Shown: one piece after another, positions 11,309 to 21,766 of the stretch | How positions within the stretch are numbered: position 1 is the stretch's first letter | How the letters are laid out: every line of letters begins with the position of its first letter | IMG/VR virus record: IMGVR_UViG_641201351_000001 | Coordinates: 64,001 to 128,000 of that record | Origin: a virus | Lineage: Duplodnaviria; Caudoviricetes | Strand: one strand, 5' to 3' | Length of the DNA stretch: 64,000 nucleotides | The notes under the pieces: generated by a model | Told to the model about the DNA's origin: nothing | What the model saw: the letters and a program-made list of their open reading frames with translations, nothing else | The model's database searches: none | Translations under genes and position numbers: made by a program

Positions 11309-14300
11309 CTACTTAACATCTATCTTAACAGGAGTAATGATGTTAGATAAAGCATCGACTACTTTTCTATAGAAGGCTTCTTCCCTTTCTCTCATAATAG
11401 CCTCATATTCTTCTTCCTCGCCTTGTTCAAGAATAGGTGTATTTTGAGCAAGAAGTTTTTGTGTATCAAAGAGTTTTTTAACTTCAAACGACTTCAATCC
11501 TAAAACAGATGCAACACTTTGAGGAAGAATAATTGACGCATCTACTTTACCTTTTTGTTTTCCACCGGGGCGAAAAGCTCTACCTAGCATTTGCAAAATA
11601 GTTTCGTAAGAGAAAGTAGCACCATGAACAACGATTTTTTGTGAAGGCATGTTTACGCCTCTAGCTAACGCTCTTGAGAGAACAGTTATAGAAGGCTTGT
11701 TGTTAGCGTTATGACTTTCAATGATTTTCATTCTATCAGCCATGTCAGTTTCACCAGTAACTGCTCCATTGTAATACCTCTTAAGCGCCTCAACAATGCC
11801 CTTATCGCCAAATAACGGTATCAAATTTCTAAACATTTTTCCTAAAGGCGTATTTTTTCTAATATTGTCAAAAACATAGTCTAAAGACTTTACAAAAGCT
11901 GTGCTAGGAGAAGTAATTAGAATTTTTCGGCCTAAATCTTGAGAAGTTTTACTTGATGTTGCGAATGGCTTCAAAGCTTCTTCTACTACTCTTTTAAATT
12001 GTTCTGTAGTTGCGATTGCGTTGTAAGAAGCTTTATCAAGCTCTTTACCAATCTGTTCGCCAATTGTATCTAGTGTAACATCGTTACCTTCGCTTTGTTT
12101 AATTTGGAAATTTTCATTTAGTGTTCCATCTTCATTTAAAAAAGGCGCTGCCTTAGGATCGTTTCTATCAACAAGTGTTTTTACACCTGTTTGAAGGTCT
12201 TGCTTAGCTAAGCGAATTCTAAACTCACCTTGGGCTGTGTTTTCAATTACTGGATAGTAGAGGTGTTTATCGTCAGAAAGCATAGGTGTAATAAAGAAAG
12301 TGTATTTCATCATTTTGTTTCTCGTTTCAATAGAAATCTTTCTTTCGCTTCCTGTTTTTTGTTTCCTTTGCTCCAATAAGCCGCTAACGCCTGTCCTTCT
12401 TTTCAAGGTTCCAGACATTTCTTGTTCTTTATCAACCTTTTTATTCCAAGCATAACCAGGAAATCTAATCTTAAATCCCTTTTTAAACTTTTGTTGTCTA
12501 TTTTCTCTTGAAGCATTAACATCTACATCAAACTCAATTTCAGCAGAACCAAGGCCGTGAGTTACTACATTTTCAAATCCTAAACTAAGCAAATCAGCAA
12601 ATGTATATTGTGTGTTGCCCAAAGAAATTACAGGAACTTTTGTTGCCAATTCAAGAATTTCTTTCTTTAACTTTGTTTTCTTTTCACCTTCAGCTGTCTT
12701 GTATTCCTTTATTTTGGGAATTATGTGTTTTAAGATGTTGTTGCTGCCAAATCTGTCTAAAATATTTGGACTAACTGACGATAAAGTGTCAACCAAGCTT
12801 CTTATAGCAATTTCTCTAACTGAGGCATTTTTAGGTTTATTTTCTTCGTCAACAATTATGAATGGACCTTCTTCATCAAAGCTAGTAAAACCGTATTCTA
12901 ATGCACGTTCCCAGGTAAAAGCACCACCTTGTACATAACTAAATAAGGTAGCAAAACCAGGCACATACATTTCATAGAACAACTTAGAATCTACTGATTT
13001 TTTTGATCGTGTAACAGGATCATAAATTGTTGTATCTACAGGTCTGTCTTCTTTATATAACTTAGCTATTTGATAAATAGTTGAAGCTACAGTTAAGAAC
13101 ATGTCTTCAAACTTTTGTTTTGCTTTTTCTGGTTCTCTAACTAAAGGATCATCAGAAGATAGTTTTTGTGGATCAGCGGATGAAGTAGGCCATGCTAAAG
13201 GATCATCAGTTTTTATATCAAGAGTAATTCCTTTAAGTTCAAGGTTAGTAGCACCAACAACATCAAGATAAGTTGCAGTAGTTTTAAGCATGTCTTCATT
13301 GATTATTGGTCCACTAGGTGTTTTAATTACAGGATCTCCAAGAATTCTTTTAAATAAATGTCCTTGATAGAACAGCATTTCCATTGCTGAAGAAAAATCT
13401 TTAGGGCTGTTAGACATTGCAGTAGCGTTAAGTAGTAATGTATAACCACGATTTGCGTCAGAAGTTATAGAATCTGATAAATCTTCAATGTGTCTTCTTC
13501 TAGCAGAACTTTTTGAGAAAATTGTAGAAGCTTCGTCTACTAACAACATTCCAAACATTCCGAAAGGAACTGCAAGTCTTTGTCCTTTGTGAGAAATAAT
13601 AGAAGGACCAGAAAGAAGGTTTAAGAAATATTTGTCAGCTTCATCCTCTGCACTAGCAGATTCCATTTTTTGGAATGTAGAAAGCTTCATGATTACCATT
13701 TTGGGAAGATTTACTTTTTCTCCCCTGTTTGCTCTGGCCCACAAATCTAGCAGTTGACTCCATTTTTCTCTTCTTTGCTGAGGATTGCCTTCTATGACAA
13801 ATATTTCTTGACCCACTTTCCAGCCAAACAATGTTTCAGCGTCATCAATCCAGCCTTTTGCAATGGATTCAGGCATTACTGCTAAGGCTGGTCTTTGGTC
13901 AAAAGTAATTGTTTTGTTGTCCCTATTATAAGAAACTGTATGAAGTCCGAGATTTGTTGCTAGTGCGTACGCTAAAAGTCCAGTAAAAGTTTTTCCTAGA
14001 CCAGTAGCGTGCGCAATAAACATTCCTACTTTCTGTAAGTTTTCTAACTTAGAAGTGTGTCTTAGATAATGAGGATGTAAAAACTTAAGAAGCGCTTGAA
14101 CTTGATAAGGCTGCAAAGAAATTTTAGAATTTGCGAACTTTATTCTTTCGTTGTAGGAAATTGGACCAAGTTTAGGAGAATTATATCCTATAATGCCAAA
14201 TTTCTGAAGCAGTAGCGGCATCCACATTAAAGGAAACTTTTCGCCAAAGTTTCCTTTAGGAACAGGTAAAATTTCTTTTTTGTTGCCGTCAATTCTTATT

Positions 14301-15883
14301 AGATTTCCTTTAGCATCTTTTTGTATGTTTAATAAAGACCACAAATCATCAAGTTCTTCTTTAAACTTGCCCCCTTTAACGAAAAGAGAAAATAGCTTTC
14401 TATGATAATCTCTTTCCTCCTCAGGAAATAGTGTGTTAATAACATTAGGATCTTCTTCAGCGCTAGGAATATTTTCTCTTTTACCTCTTTCAAAAACTCT
14501 TGCAGAAATGTCTTTTTTAAGAATTTTTGCGGCCTCTTCAATCGTAGAAGAACTAACTTCTTGATAAAGGGGATGAAGATATTTTTGTTTACCAATAGGA
14601 AGACCAAATATTTTTGCAGTATCATCATCTAGCTTAATGATGTTTCCTGTTGGTATATCTAAAACACCAGCAGGTATTATTGCATTACTGCCTAAAATTT
14701 CTGCCACTAATATATCGATATCTCTTTGTGCAGCGCCTCTTTTGTTTAAAAGTTTTGGATTTTGTATTATTTCGGTGAGAAGATTATCAAGAGCTCTTTC
14801 GTATTCTTCACTATCAATTTTCAACAATCTTTTCAATTCAGTAAACAACGCTTCATTACTAGCACCTTGAGAACGGAGTTTGAGGAGGTTGTCAGAGAAG
14901 AAAACCTCTTTTCCAGAAAACTGATCTTTTGTAGCTAGATAGGTTGAAAGGTTTGTAAGATACTTATTCTCTGGATCGTACACATAAACATAATCAAGGT
15001 TGTTTTTTTGATTTTGTGCAGAAAGTTTCTTTTCTTGTTGCAGATACTTATTTGCATCAGAATCTACTGCTTGAAGCAAGTCTTTCAAGAGCTTTTTCTT
15101 AGCCTCTGTAATTCCTCTAAAATAAACACCTTCTTTTAAAATTTCGTCAATAATGCCTTCGTCTTTTTTATTTTTTTGAAGAGAAGCTTCAATTAGTCCA
15201 GCAACATCTTCTTTGCTAGCCTTTCCTGCTTGAACCTTAGCTAGCGCTTGTGCTGTATTTTTGTTTGCAGGTATGAGCATCCAAGGTTTACCTTCTTCTA
15301 GTTGTTCTACTTTTACACCTAAAAATTTTCCTCCAACTAAAACACGCCCATCCTCAACATTGTAAGCAATATAACCTGCAGGAACTTTTTCTACAACGCC
15401 TTTTTCGTTAGCGAATTGAGAATAGTTGATAGACTTAGTAGTAGCTAAAAGAAGAATATCTTTGCTTCTTTCCTGAAAGCTAAATAGAATGTCCTCAATA
15501 GACTTTATGTAATTTTGCATATTCACACCTTCCTCTTCTGTTTCCAATTTTATATCTTCTAATAGTGAGAGAGATTTTAGCGTTCTGTCTGAAATTTTCT
15601 CTACTTTTTCTATTTTAAATCCGTGCCAAACAAGAATTTGAGGCAAGATAAAAAGCGCCTCTTCTGTTTTTAATTCTACGCCAACAAAAACTTGAATACT
15701 AAAGTGTTTGTTTCTTTTCGCTACAGAATAAAAAATCTCTCTTTCCAATATCTGTTCTAACGCAAACTTAATGTTTTCATTGATTGCCTTAATGTAATAA
15801 TCTTGTATTTTGTTTTTTGCTAGTATAAAGTGAATTTCTGCTTCGTTATCTCCTTGAGAAAGATGATATACAATTTTCTTCAT
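11309..15883 (-). CDS. SF2 (SNF2-like) helicase/translocase with long N-terminal extension
   Basis: LQPYQ (Q motif), HATGLGKT (I), LLVDEAS (II), NAT (III), LARGVNM (V), QMLGRAFRPG (VI). Confidence 0.85.
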   Translation of the reverse strand: MKKIVYHLSQGDNEAEIHFILAKNKIQDYYIKAINENIKFALEQILEREIFYSVAKRNKHFSIQVFVGVELKTEEALFILPQILVWHGFKIEKVEKISDRTLKSLSLLEDIKLETEEEGVNMQNYIKSIEDILFSFQERSKDILLLATTKSINYSQFANEKGVVEKVPAGYIAYNVEDGRVLVGGKFLGVKVEQLEEGKPWMLIPANKNTAQALAKVQAGKASKEDVAGLIEASLQKNKKDEGIIDEILKEGVYFRGITEAKKKLLKDLLQAVDSDANKYLQQEKKLSAQNQKNNLDYVYVYDPENKYLTNLSTYLATKDQFSGKEVFFSDNLLKLRSQGASNEALFTELKRLLKIDSEEYERALDNLLTEIIQNPKLLNKRGAAQRDIDILVAEILGSNAIIPAGVLDIPTGNIIKLDDDTAKIFGLPIGKQKYLHPLYQEVSSSTIEEAAKILKKDISARVFERGKRENIPSAEEDPNVINTLFPEEERDYHRKLFSLFVKGGKFKEELDDLWSLLNIQKDAKGNLIRIDGNKKEILPVPKGNFGEKFPLMWMPLLLQKFGIIGYNSPKLGPISYNERIKFANSKISLQPYQVQALLKFLHPHYLRHTSKLENLQKVGMFIAHATGLGKTFTGLLAYALATNLGLHTVSYNRDNKTITFDQRPALAVMPESIAKGWIDDAETLFGWKVGQEIFVIEGNPQQRREKWSQLLDLWARANRGEKVNLPKMVIMKLSTFQKMESASAEDEADKYFLNLLSGPSIISHKGQRLAVPFGMFGMLLVDEASTIFSKSSARRRHIEDLSDSITSDANRGYTLLLNATAMSNSPKDFSSAMEMLFYQGHLFKRILGDPVIKTPSGPIINEDMLKTTATYLDVVGATNLELKGITLDIKTDDPLAWPTSSADPQKLSSDDPLVREPEKAKQKFEDMFLTVASTIYQIAKLYKEDRPVDTTIYDPVTRSKKSVDSKLFYEMYVPGFATLFSYVQGGAFTWERALEYGFTSFDEEGPFIIVDEENKPKNASVREIAIRSLVDTLSSVSPNILDRFGSNNILKHIIPKIKEYKTAEGEKKTKLKKEILELATKVPVISLGNTQYTFADLLSLGFENVVTHGLGSAEIEFDVDVNASRENRQQKFKKGFKIRFPGYAWNKKVDKEQEMSGTLKRRTGVSGLLEQRKQKTGSERKISIETRNKMMKYTFFITPMLSDDKHLYYPVIENTAQGEFRIRLAKQDLQTGVKTLVDRNDPKAAPFLNEDGTLNENFQIKQSEGNDVTLDTIGEQIGKELDKASYNAIATTEQFKRVVEEALKPFATSSKTSQDLGRKILITSPSTAFVKSLDYVFDNIRKNTPLGKMFRNLIPLFGDKGIVEALKRYYNGAVTGETDMADRMKIIESHNANNKPSITVLSRALARGVNMPSQKIVVHGATFSYETILQMLGRAFRPGGKQKGKVDASIILPQSVASVLGLKSFEVKKLFDTQKLLAQNTPILEQGEEEEYEAIMREREEAFYRKVVDALSNIITPVKIDVK

Positions 15884-16743
15884 AAATCCTCCAAAAACTT
15901 TTCAAGGTTTCTCATGTATGCAAAGACTTTGGGAAACTGCTGCAGATAGTTTCTATGAAAAAAGTAAAAAACAAAAGCTTCTATGAAATCTTCTTTTGGC
16001 CCAAGTGTAGATTCTAAGCTGATAATTTCATCGTTTTCATGGTATAAATTTTTACTCAAATTTAGGCCAAAAAACTCTCCAACCTTCAAATCTTCGTCAG
16101 AAAGTTTTTCTCTTTTCCAGCCCCTCAAAGATATAAATCTTTCAATTTGTTCTGGAAAAGAAGAAGAAAGCTTTTGAAAGGTTATATTTGCAATTTCTCT
16201 TGCAGTAGCCAAAGAAGCTACTGAAATGCCCTGAGTAAAGTTAGGTACTCTTCTAACTACAGGTACAGTCAAGTAAAGGTAGTAAGGTTGAAAGACATGA
16301 AGATAAATTTTGTCATGGGAAAAACTAGAACCTATAATAGCTAAATCAGGATCAAAGTCTACAAGTTCTCTAATCTCACTTTTCTTATGCCAATAAACTT
16401 TTGTGATTTTAAAGAGATTAAACACTACTTCTACTTGCTTAAAAACAGCACGAAGATTTAAAAGCGCATAAAAAGGAATTACATTATCTACTACTAGCGC
16501 CGCAAAACTCAAAAGTTCTTCTTTGTTTAGCCTAGCAACTTTGTTTTCATCAATGTTTCCTTCGTCATCATAAATATCAATAGTAGGATCATAAAACAAA
16601 CCTTGGTCTTTTGCTTCTAATAGCCTTAGCGCTGATAATGTGGAATCGCTAGGCGAATATTGTCCTACTTCATAAAGGTTATTTGAAAAAGGAACTGGGT
16701 AATTGGGGGCTATTAAAGGATTATCTTCACTAATTCTTGCCAC
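15880..16743 (-). CDS. degenerate zincin-like protein
   Basis: REIAN in place of HExxH, followed by PKEDFIEAFVFYF...FPKVFAYM, typical of zincin C-terminal helices; TGTTAAAAT 6 nt before GTG. Confidence 0.55.
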   Translation of the reverse strand: MARISEDNPLIAPNYPVPFSNNLYEVGQYSPSDSTLSALRLLEAKDQGLFYDPTIDIYDDEGNIDENKVARLNKEELLSFAALVVDNVIPFYALLNLRAVFKQVEVVFNLFKITKVYWHKKSEIRELVDFDPDLAIIGSSFSHDKIYLHVFQPYYLYLTVPVVRRVPNFTQGISVASLATAREIANITFQKLSSSFPEQIERFISLRGWKREKLSDEDLKVGEFFGLNLSKNLYHENDEIISLESTLGPKEDFIEAFVFYFFHRNYLQQFPKVFAYMRNLEKFLEDL

Positions 16744-16787
16744 AAGACTATTTTAACACAAGTTAAAAAGGTTTATTTTGCAAGAAA

Positions 16788-18740
16788 TTAAGGAGGATAT
16801 ACACTATTTATGTCTTTAAAGTACAAAAACATAAAATTTTCCACAAAATCCGATTCGGCAAACATTTGGCGCAAAACAATAGAATTTCTTCTGTTGAAGT
16901 AGTTATCTTGATAATATTCATTCGACGAATCAATTGTGTATAACTTACCAGCATCTAAAATTTTTACTTTAACTTCGTTTGATGGATCGTTTGTATCTAC
17001 ATATAAAGCAACAGTAATGTAAAATTCATCTACGAGAATACTTCCGTATCTTTCTTGGTTTTGATTACCTTGAAGACCAGGATTTCTAGCTACAGGAATA
17101 GTAAAAACAATTCCAACAATACAATCTTTATAAAATTCTACAAAACCAACAGAAAAATCATTACTTGTTGTGTATATAGATTTGTAAAAATGATAAGACA
17201 AACACCCTGTATAATCAATATCTGGATGTTTAGAAGATAAAATTGAGCAAATGTCTTCATTAAATTCTTGTTTTACAACTAAACCTGGTGGGTTTCCAGG
17301 AGAAGAAGACTGCTTTTTGTCTTCAAATAACGGAAGTTCGCTGTTGTGAATTTCTATGTTTCCTGAAGTTGCCATGAATGTAAAGCAACCGCTCTTTTTA
17401 GCCGCATTTAAAATATACTCACTATTATCTCTTGTAAAAATTAACACACTAGGCAGGGAAGGACAGAAATCCAAGTAAGAATTTCCCCTTAGAACAGAAT
17501 TTGTTGATCCACCATAAGAAGACGTGTCAAAAATATCACTAAATCTTGGATATGCAAAAATAACTAACTTATTATTTTTTTCTTTTGCAAAGAACAAATT
17601 TTTCTTATAATAAAGCTCAGAGTGCAATGTGTCATCATAAATATTTACATTATTAGTGTATGTACTATTTGAACCAAGAGAGGCCAAATAAGAAAATTTG
17701 TAAAATTCTTTTGGATTTTCTCTTACAAATGGAATATAATTTGAAAAAGAAAAATTAAAATTGTCATCAAGACTAACAACTCTGATGTACCCCAAGTAAA
17801 GAGTTATAGATTTTCTGTTAACAGAGGTAGAAACATAAAGAGAATATGGTTCTAAAAACTTTGTTTCATTTGAATATATCTTGCGAATATATGTGTTGTT
17901 AACAAAATATGTATATACAGAATAGTAATTATTGTCATAAACATCCAAGTTAATAGAAAAATTTTCCAAAAGATAGGAAGTGTCTTTAAGATGATTTTCC
18001 GTTCTTGTTTCTACCTTAATCGGTGTTATACTTGGTTGCCCATTTGAAAGACCAATAGAAAAAACATGATAAGTATAATCTAAAGTAAAACTTTCACTAT
18101 TATAATCACCATGCAAATATGAAGCCAAAAATACATTATCTTTTAAGTGAGTAATCCCCATAAAATTTCCGTGAGGTACTTGCGGATACAGAGAAAGAGG
18201 ATGATAAATCCCCTCTAAAGTAATACTACTTGAAGTTATTTTGTAAATAAAATAAATGTCATCGTAGAATAAATAAATAGAAGTTGAACCACCTTGCTTT
18301 TCAGCGTAAATAAGGCCCTTTTCAACATAATAAAAACCATCCTCAGTTTTAAATATTATCTTTTGAGTGTCATCATTTGTATAGTAATACTTTACAATAA
18401 AACCTGTTTCATTTGAAAAAAATGGGTGGGAATAAAAATTGGTTATGACGCTCAGTAAATCGTTAATGGGATTGTATACAGCAACAGCTTCAAGACAATC
18501 ATTTCCTTCTGATGTTGTACATCCATCAATAAGTTTGTATAGCTTTAATCTGTAATTAACGCCACCTATATTAGATAGATAATTTAAGTATTCAGTTTGC
18601 AATAAATAAATTTCACCATTTTTTTCTAAAAACGCTCCTGTCTGATAAAATGGGTTCCAAAACCCTTCTTCAGAAACTCGCCAATAAGTTAATTCTGTAT
18701 TTTTTTGTTCACTTTGTTTTTGTATACAATCTGTAGCCAT
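16788..18740 (-). CDS. Tyr/Asn/Cys-rich beta-rich protein, putative receptor-binding/structural; paralog of 18771..20609
   Basis: Shared blocks NSxLPxFE(D/E)K, DICxILS, KILDAxxLY and N-terminal MxxDC. Confidence 0.6.
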   Translation of the reverse strand: MATDCIQKQSEQKNTELTYWRVSEEGFWNPFYQTGAFLEKNGEIYLLQTEYLNYLSNIGGVNYRLKLYKLIDGCTTSEGNDCLEAVAVYNPINDLLSVITNFYSHPFFSNETGFIVKYYYTNDDTQKIIFKTEDGFYYVEKGLIYAEKQGGSTSIYLFYDDIYFIYKITSSSITLEGIYHPLSLYPQVPHGNFMGITHLKDNVFLASYLHGDYNSESFTLDYTYHVFSIGLSNGQPSITPIKVETRTENHLKDTSYLLENFSINLDVYDNNYYSVYTYFVNNTYIRKIYSNETKFLEPYSLYVSTSVNRKSITLYLGYIRVVSLDDNFNFSFSNYIPFVRENPKEFYKFSYLASLGSNSTYTNNVNIYDDTLHSELYYKKNLFFAKEKNNKLVIFAYPRFSDIFDTSSYGGSTNSVLRGNSYLDFCPSLPSVLIFTRDNSEYILNAAKKSGCFTFMATSGNIEIHNSELPLFEDKKQSSSPGNPPGLVVKQEFNEDICSILSSKHPDIDYTGCLSYHFYKSIYTTSNDFSVGFVEFYKDCIVGIVFTIPVARNPGLQGNQNQERYGSILVDEFYITVALYVDTNDPSNEVKVKILDAGKLYTIDSSNEYYQDNYFNRRNSIVLRQMFAESDFVENFMFLYFKDINSVYPP

Positions 18741-18770
18741 ATCGGTTTTTATTATACAAGGAAAATATTG

Positions 18771-20609
18771 TTACGCAGCAACGCCACCTCCATCTCCTTG
18801 AGGTAGTTCGCTGTAAACATACACAGAATAGTGTAATCTTTTTTGATTATCAAAGAAAATTTGTGGAATATGTACAGAAGCTCCTCTATTAGTATAAGTA
18901 TCACTAGGAGAAGCTACATAAAGCGGTGCAGCGTCTAGTATTTTATATTCTTTTATAAGATTACCTTGTTCATCAAAAGAAAATCTGAACAAAACGATAA
19001 CTAAATATTCTTCTATTGGGGATTCGTTTGGAGCAGATTTTAAATCGTTTTGCGTATTCAAAAGCCTAAAAGCACCTACTATCGATAAACTACACCCATC
19101 ACTAAAACTTTGAACTGCATTTAATAGCTGAATAAAATAACCAATAATGTTTACGAAATAAAACCCTAGAGAAGAACAATCAGAGATTGCATATTTGTAA
19201 GATAGAATTTGACATATATCTGACTTCGCTGAGTTATTTACAAATACTCCATAAGGAGTTGTTGGATTTGTTGTTTTTTCTTCGAAAATTGGCAAAGCAC
19301 TATTAAAAAACTTATAGTAAAAATCCAAATTGTTGTCTTCACTTACACCAGTAAAATAATTTTCATTAAAAACAAATTTTAGATTTGCTTCATCAAAGTC
19401 ATAGATAACAAAGGTTGCTGGAATTCTAACAAAAGTATAGTGCGACATTGCTACATTTGTTTTACCAATATCTGGTAAATCTTCTATCGTTAAGTAATCA
19501 ATCATTCCCACCAGAACAACTTTGTTGCCAATTTTGAAAAACTTACCATTAATAAAATCGATATGGTTAACATATGTATTACTTACATTAAGTAGATTTG
19601 TAAGAAGAGTGTTCAGATCACTATAAAAGGCTGGAGTGTAAAAATCAGATATTGTTAAACCATCTCGATTGGAAAATTTAATAACTTTTAATAGTAATGG
19701 TTCAAGTTCGACACCAAACCCACTAGTATCATCGTAAAAATAAAAGTAAAGATACGTTCCTAGAACAAACAAATCATCAGAATTATGCACAGCCTGCAAA
19801 AAGTAGCTGTTTACTTGAAATGTATATGGATCCAAAGTGCTTATTCCATAATCTGAAGGGTTTGTAGAAAATGACAACTGATGTTGTGCAAGTATACTCT
19901 TTTGACCACTTTGCGTATCTAATGAATACATCAAAAGTTTAGGCATAAGGTAGAGATCTGACGTAGAGCTTACTCCTGCATATAAAAATAAGCTATTTCC
20001 TTTATACTTCAAAAATCCTTGTTCATATGTTGCGCTATCTGGTAGACAACCTCCAAGGGCTGCATGTTCCAAAATTGGAATTTCTATTCTTTCTAAAGTC
20101 ATTGAATTAGAAGAGATTCTAAAAATAAGATAGATATCGAAGGAAGATAAAATGTAGGTGTTATAATAACCCGTAGTTCTAAACAGGGAATTTTCTACTT
20201 TAATAACCGCCAAATATTCATCAGAACCTACTTGTTGCAGATCATAAAAATTTATAGGATAAATATTAAGAAGCTTGTAAATTTGCTCACCACCTTGAAC
20301 GCTGCATAAATACTGTGAAAGAGCGTTAAAAATTTCACTATCTACATAAGTTAAGTCAATTGATGATACAACGCTGCAGGTATCTTCATAACAACTTGTT
20401 TCATCTACAAGTTTTGCCTCAACTACATAGTTTTGAATTACTTCATCATATCTTCTTGCAAAATAAAAAAGATAGTTTCTTCCGTTTATAGGAAACTTAA
20501 ACGAGGAATAAAGATTATTTTGATTATAATAGTAAGGTAGCAACTCATCAATAAATCCGTTAAAGTTTGGTTCTTGAGTTCTGTTTATGTTTGCGCAATC
20601 TATTCCCAT
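18771..20609 (-). CDS. Tyr/Asn/Cys-rich beta-rich protein; paralog of 16788..18740
   Basis: Same shared blocks; TAAAAT 7 nt before the ATG. Confidence 0.6.
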   Translation of the reverse strand: MGIDCANINRTQEPNFNGFIDELLPYYYNQNNLYSSFKFPINGRNYLFYFARRYDEVIQNYVVEAKLVDETSCYEDTCSVVSSIDLTYVDSEIFNALSQYLCSVQGGEQIYKLLNIYPINFYDLQQVGSDEYLAVIKVENSLFRTTGYYNTYILSSFDIYLIFRISSNSMTLERIEIPILEHAALGGCLPDSATYEQGFLKYKGNSLFLYAGVSSTSDLYLMPKLLMYSLDTQSGQKSILAQHQLSFSTNPSDYGISTLDPYTFQVNSYFLQAVHNSDDLFVLGTYLYFYFYDDTSGFGVELEPLLLKVIKFSNRDGLTISDFYTPAFYSDLNTLLTNLLNVSNTYVNHIDFINGKFFKIGNKVVLVGMIDYLTIEDLPDIGKTNVAMSHYTFVRIPATFVIYDFDEANLKFVFNENYFTGVSEDNNLDFYYKFFNSALPIFEEKTTNPTTPYGVFVNNSAKSDICQILSYKYAISDCSSLGFYFVNIIGYFIQLLNAVQSFSDGCSLSIVGAFRLLNTQNDLKSAPNESPIEEYLVIVLFRFSFDEQGNLIKEYKILDAAPLYVASPSDTYTNRGASVHIPQIFFDNQKRLHYSVYVYSELPQGDGGGVAA

Positions 20610-20866
20610 AAGTACTATTTTAATCAGAATGTTTTAGCAATAATTTAAATTTGAAAAAGCGTTTACTTACATTTCGCTCTCACTACATATATAAACTTAT
20701 TCCTATTTCGCACTTTATCCAAAACAAAATCCGTTTCAAGTTATTGCCAAAAAACGCAATATATATGGATAGCGTTTAGCTCTTTTTTGTATGGAGTTTG
20801 TGATAAGAATGTTTCTCAAAAAATAATTAGGGGGGCTTGTTTGGCCCCCCACACCCCTTTCCTCCC

Positions 20867-21073
20867 TTACTTTAGCCTATAGGCATATTCTGTTGCGTAA
20901 GGGAGAAAGGGCACCTCCCAAACCTCAATGTATTCTGCACCCCTTTTCTTAACGATAAGGGCTTCTGCATGGCGATTTATGCCGATAGTCTTGAGAATGT
21001 TCTTGACAAGCATGGGGTTAAGAACAAGAACATACCCCTTTTCGTCCCAAAATTGTCCAATGGGCTTCTTCAT
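20867..21073 (-). CDS. small early protein, paralog of 21328..21534
   Basis: TTGACA-17-TATTAT promoter and GGAGGTG SD put the start at ATG 21073; shares LxVK..GAxYxEVW...AYRLK with its neighbour. Confidence 0.8.
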   Translation of the reverse strand: MKKPIGQFWDEKGYVLVLNPMLVKNILKTIGINRHAEALIVKKRGAEYIEVWEVPFLPYATEYAYRLK

Positions 21074-21092
21074 CCCACTCACCTCCACCTTC

Positions 21093-21121
21093 ATAATACC
21101 CTACTTAATCCTTTTTGTCAA
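21093..21121 (-). promoter_or_regulatory. sigma70/sigmaA-type early promoter (representative of >20 in 21-51 kb)
   Basis: TTGACA-17 nt-TATTAT. Similar TTGAC(A/C/T/G)-17/18-TAnnnT promoters have -35 boxes near 21580, 21963, 22298, 22683, 23216, 24505, 25283, 26960, 27312, 28432, 30175, 31419, 32076, 32704, 33404, 36385, 38041, 40152, 40740, 41312, 41960, 44097, 44692, 45873, 46561, 48165, 49766. Confidence 0.85.
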
Positions 21122-21327
21122 GCCCCAACACTTAATCACCATGCGTATCATGCGTGTATTCGGCATATAGGGAGGGCGCATAAGCTTGAGTGAGAGTGTG
21201 TTAGGAAAATTTACACGCTGAAACGCTAATGCACAAAATGTAACTTTTTTATTTTTCCCCTAGCGTTTAATTTTGTTTTAAAAAAAGATTAAGGGGGGCC
21301 AAGTTAGCCCCCCCACTACGCCTATCG

Positions 21328-21534
21328 CTACTTCAAGCGATAGGCAATATCGTAAAGCTTCCACCCAAAGGTACCCCACACCTCGGCGTAATCGGCCCCA
21401 GAAGAATCAAGCTTTACAAGAAGATAGGGGAAGCGCTCACAAGTACCAATATACTCAAGTACGGACTTCACATCCTGAGAATCTTGCAAGAAAATGTAGC
21501 TATCGTCAAAGTCCCTGAGAAGCTTCTTTTCCAT
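21328..21534 (-). CDS. small early protein, paralog of 20867..21073
   Basis: TTGACA-17-TATGAT and near-identical leader GAAGGTGGAGGTGAGTAGGATG. Confidence 0.8.
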   Translation of the reverse strand: MEKKLLRDFDDSYIFLQDSQDVKSVLEYIGTCERFPYLLVKLDSSGADYAEVWGTFGWKLYDIAYRLK

Positions 21535-21766
21535 CCTACTCACCTCCACCTTCATCATAACCCATTAATGACTATTTGTCAAGCCTATCTGCCAATAGCG
21601 TGCACCTAACGTTGAGGTAAGTATGAAGTTTGTGTTGGGGAAAATTGCTTAAAGCGTAAACGCATAAACGCTAAACGCAAAGCCACAGAATTTTGTCTGT
21701 TGGAGATATTAATGGATAGCGTTTAATTGTTTTTGTATGCCCCCCTTCAACGGGGGGGCGTGCAAG

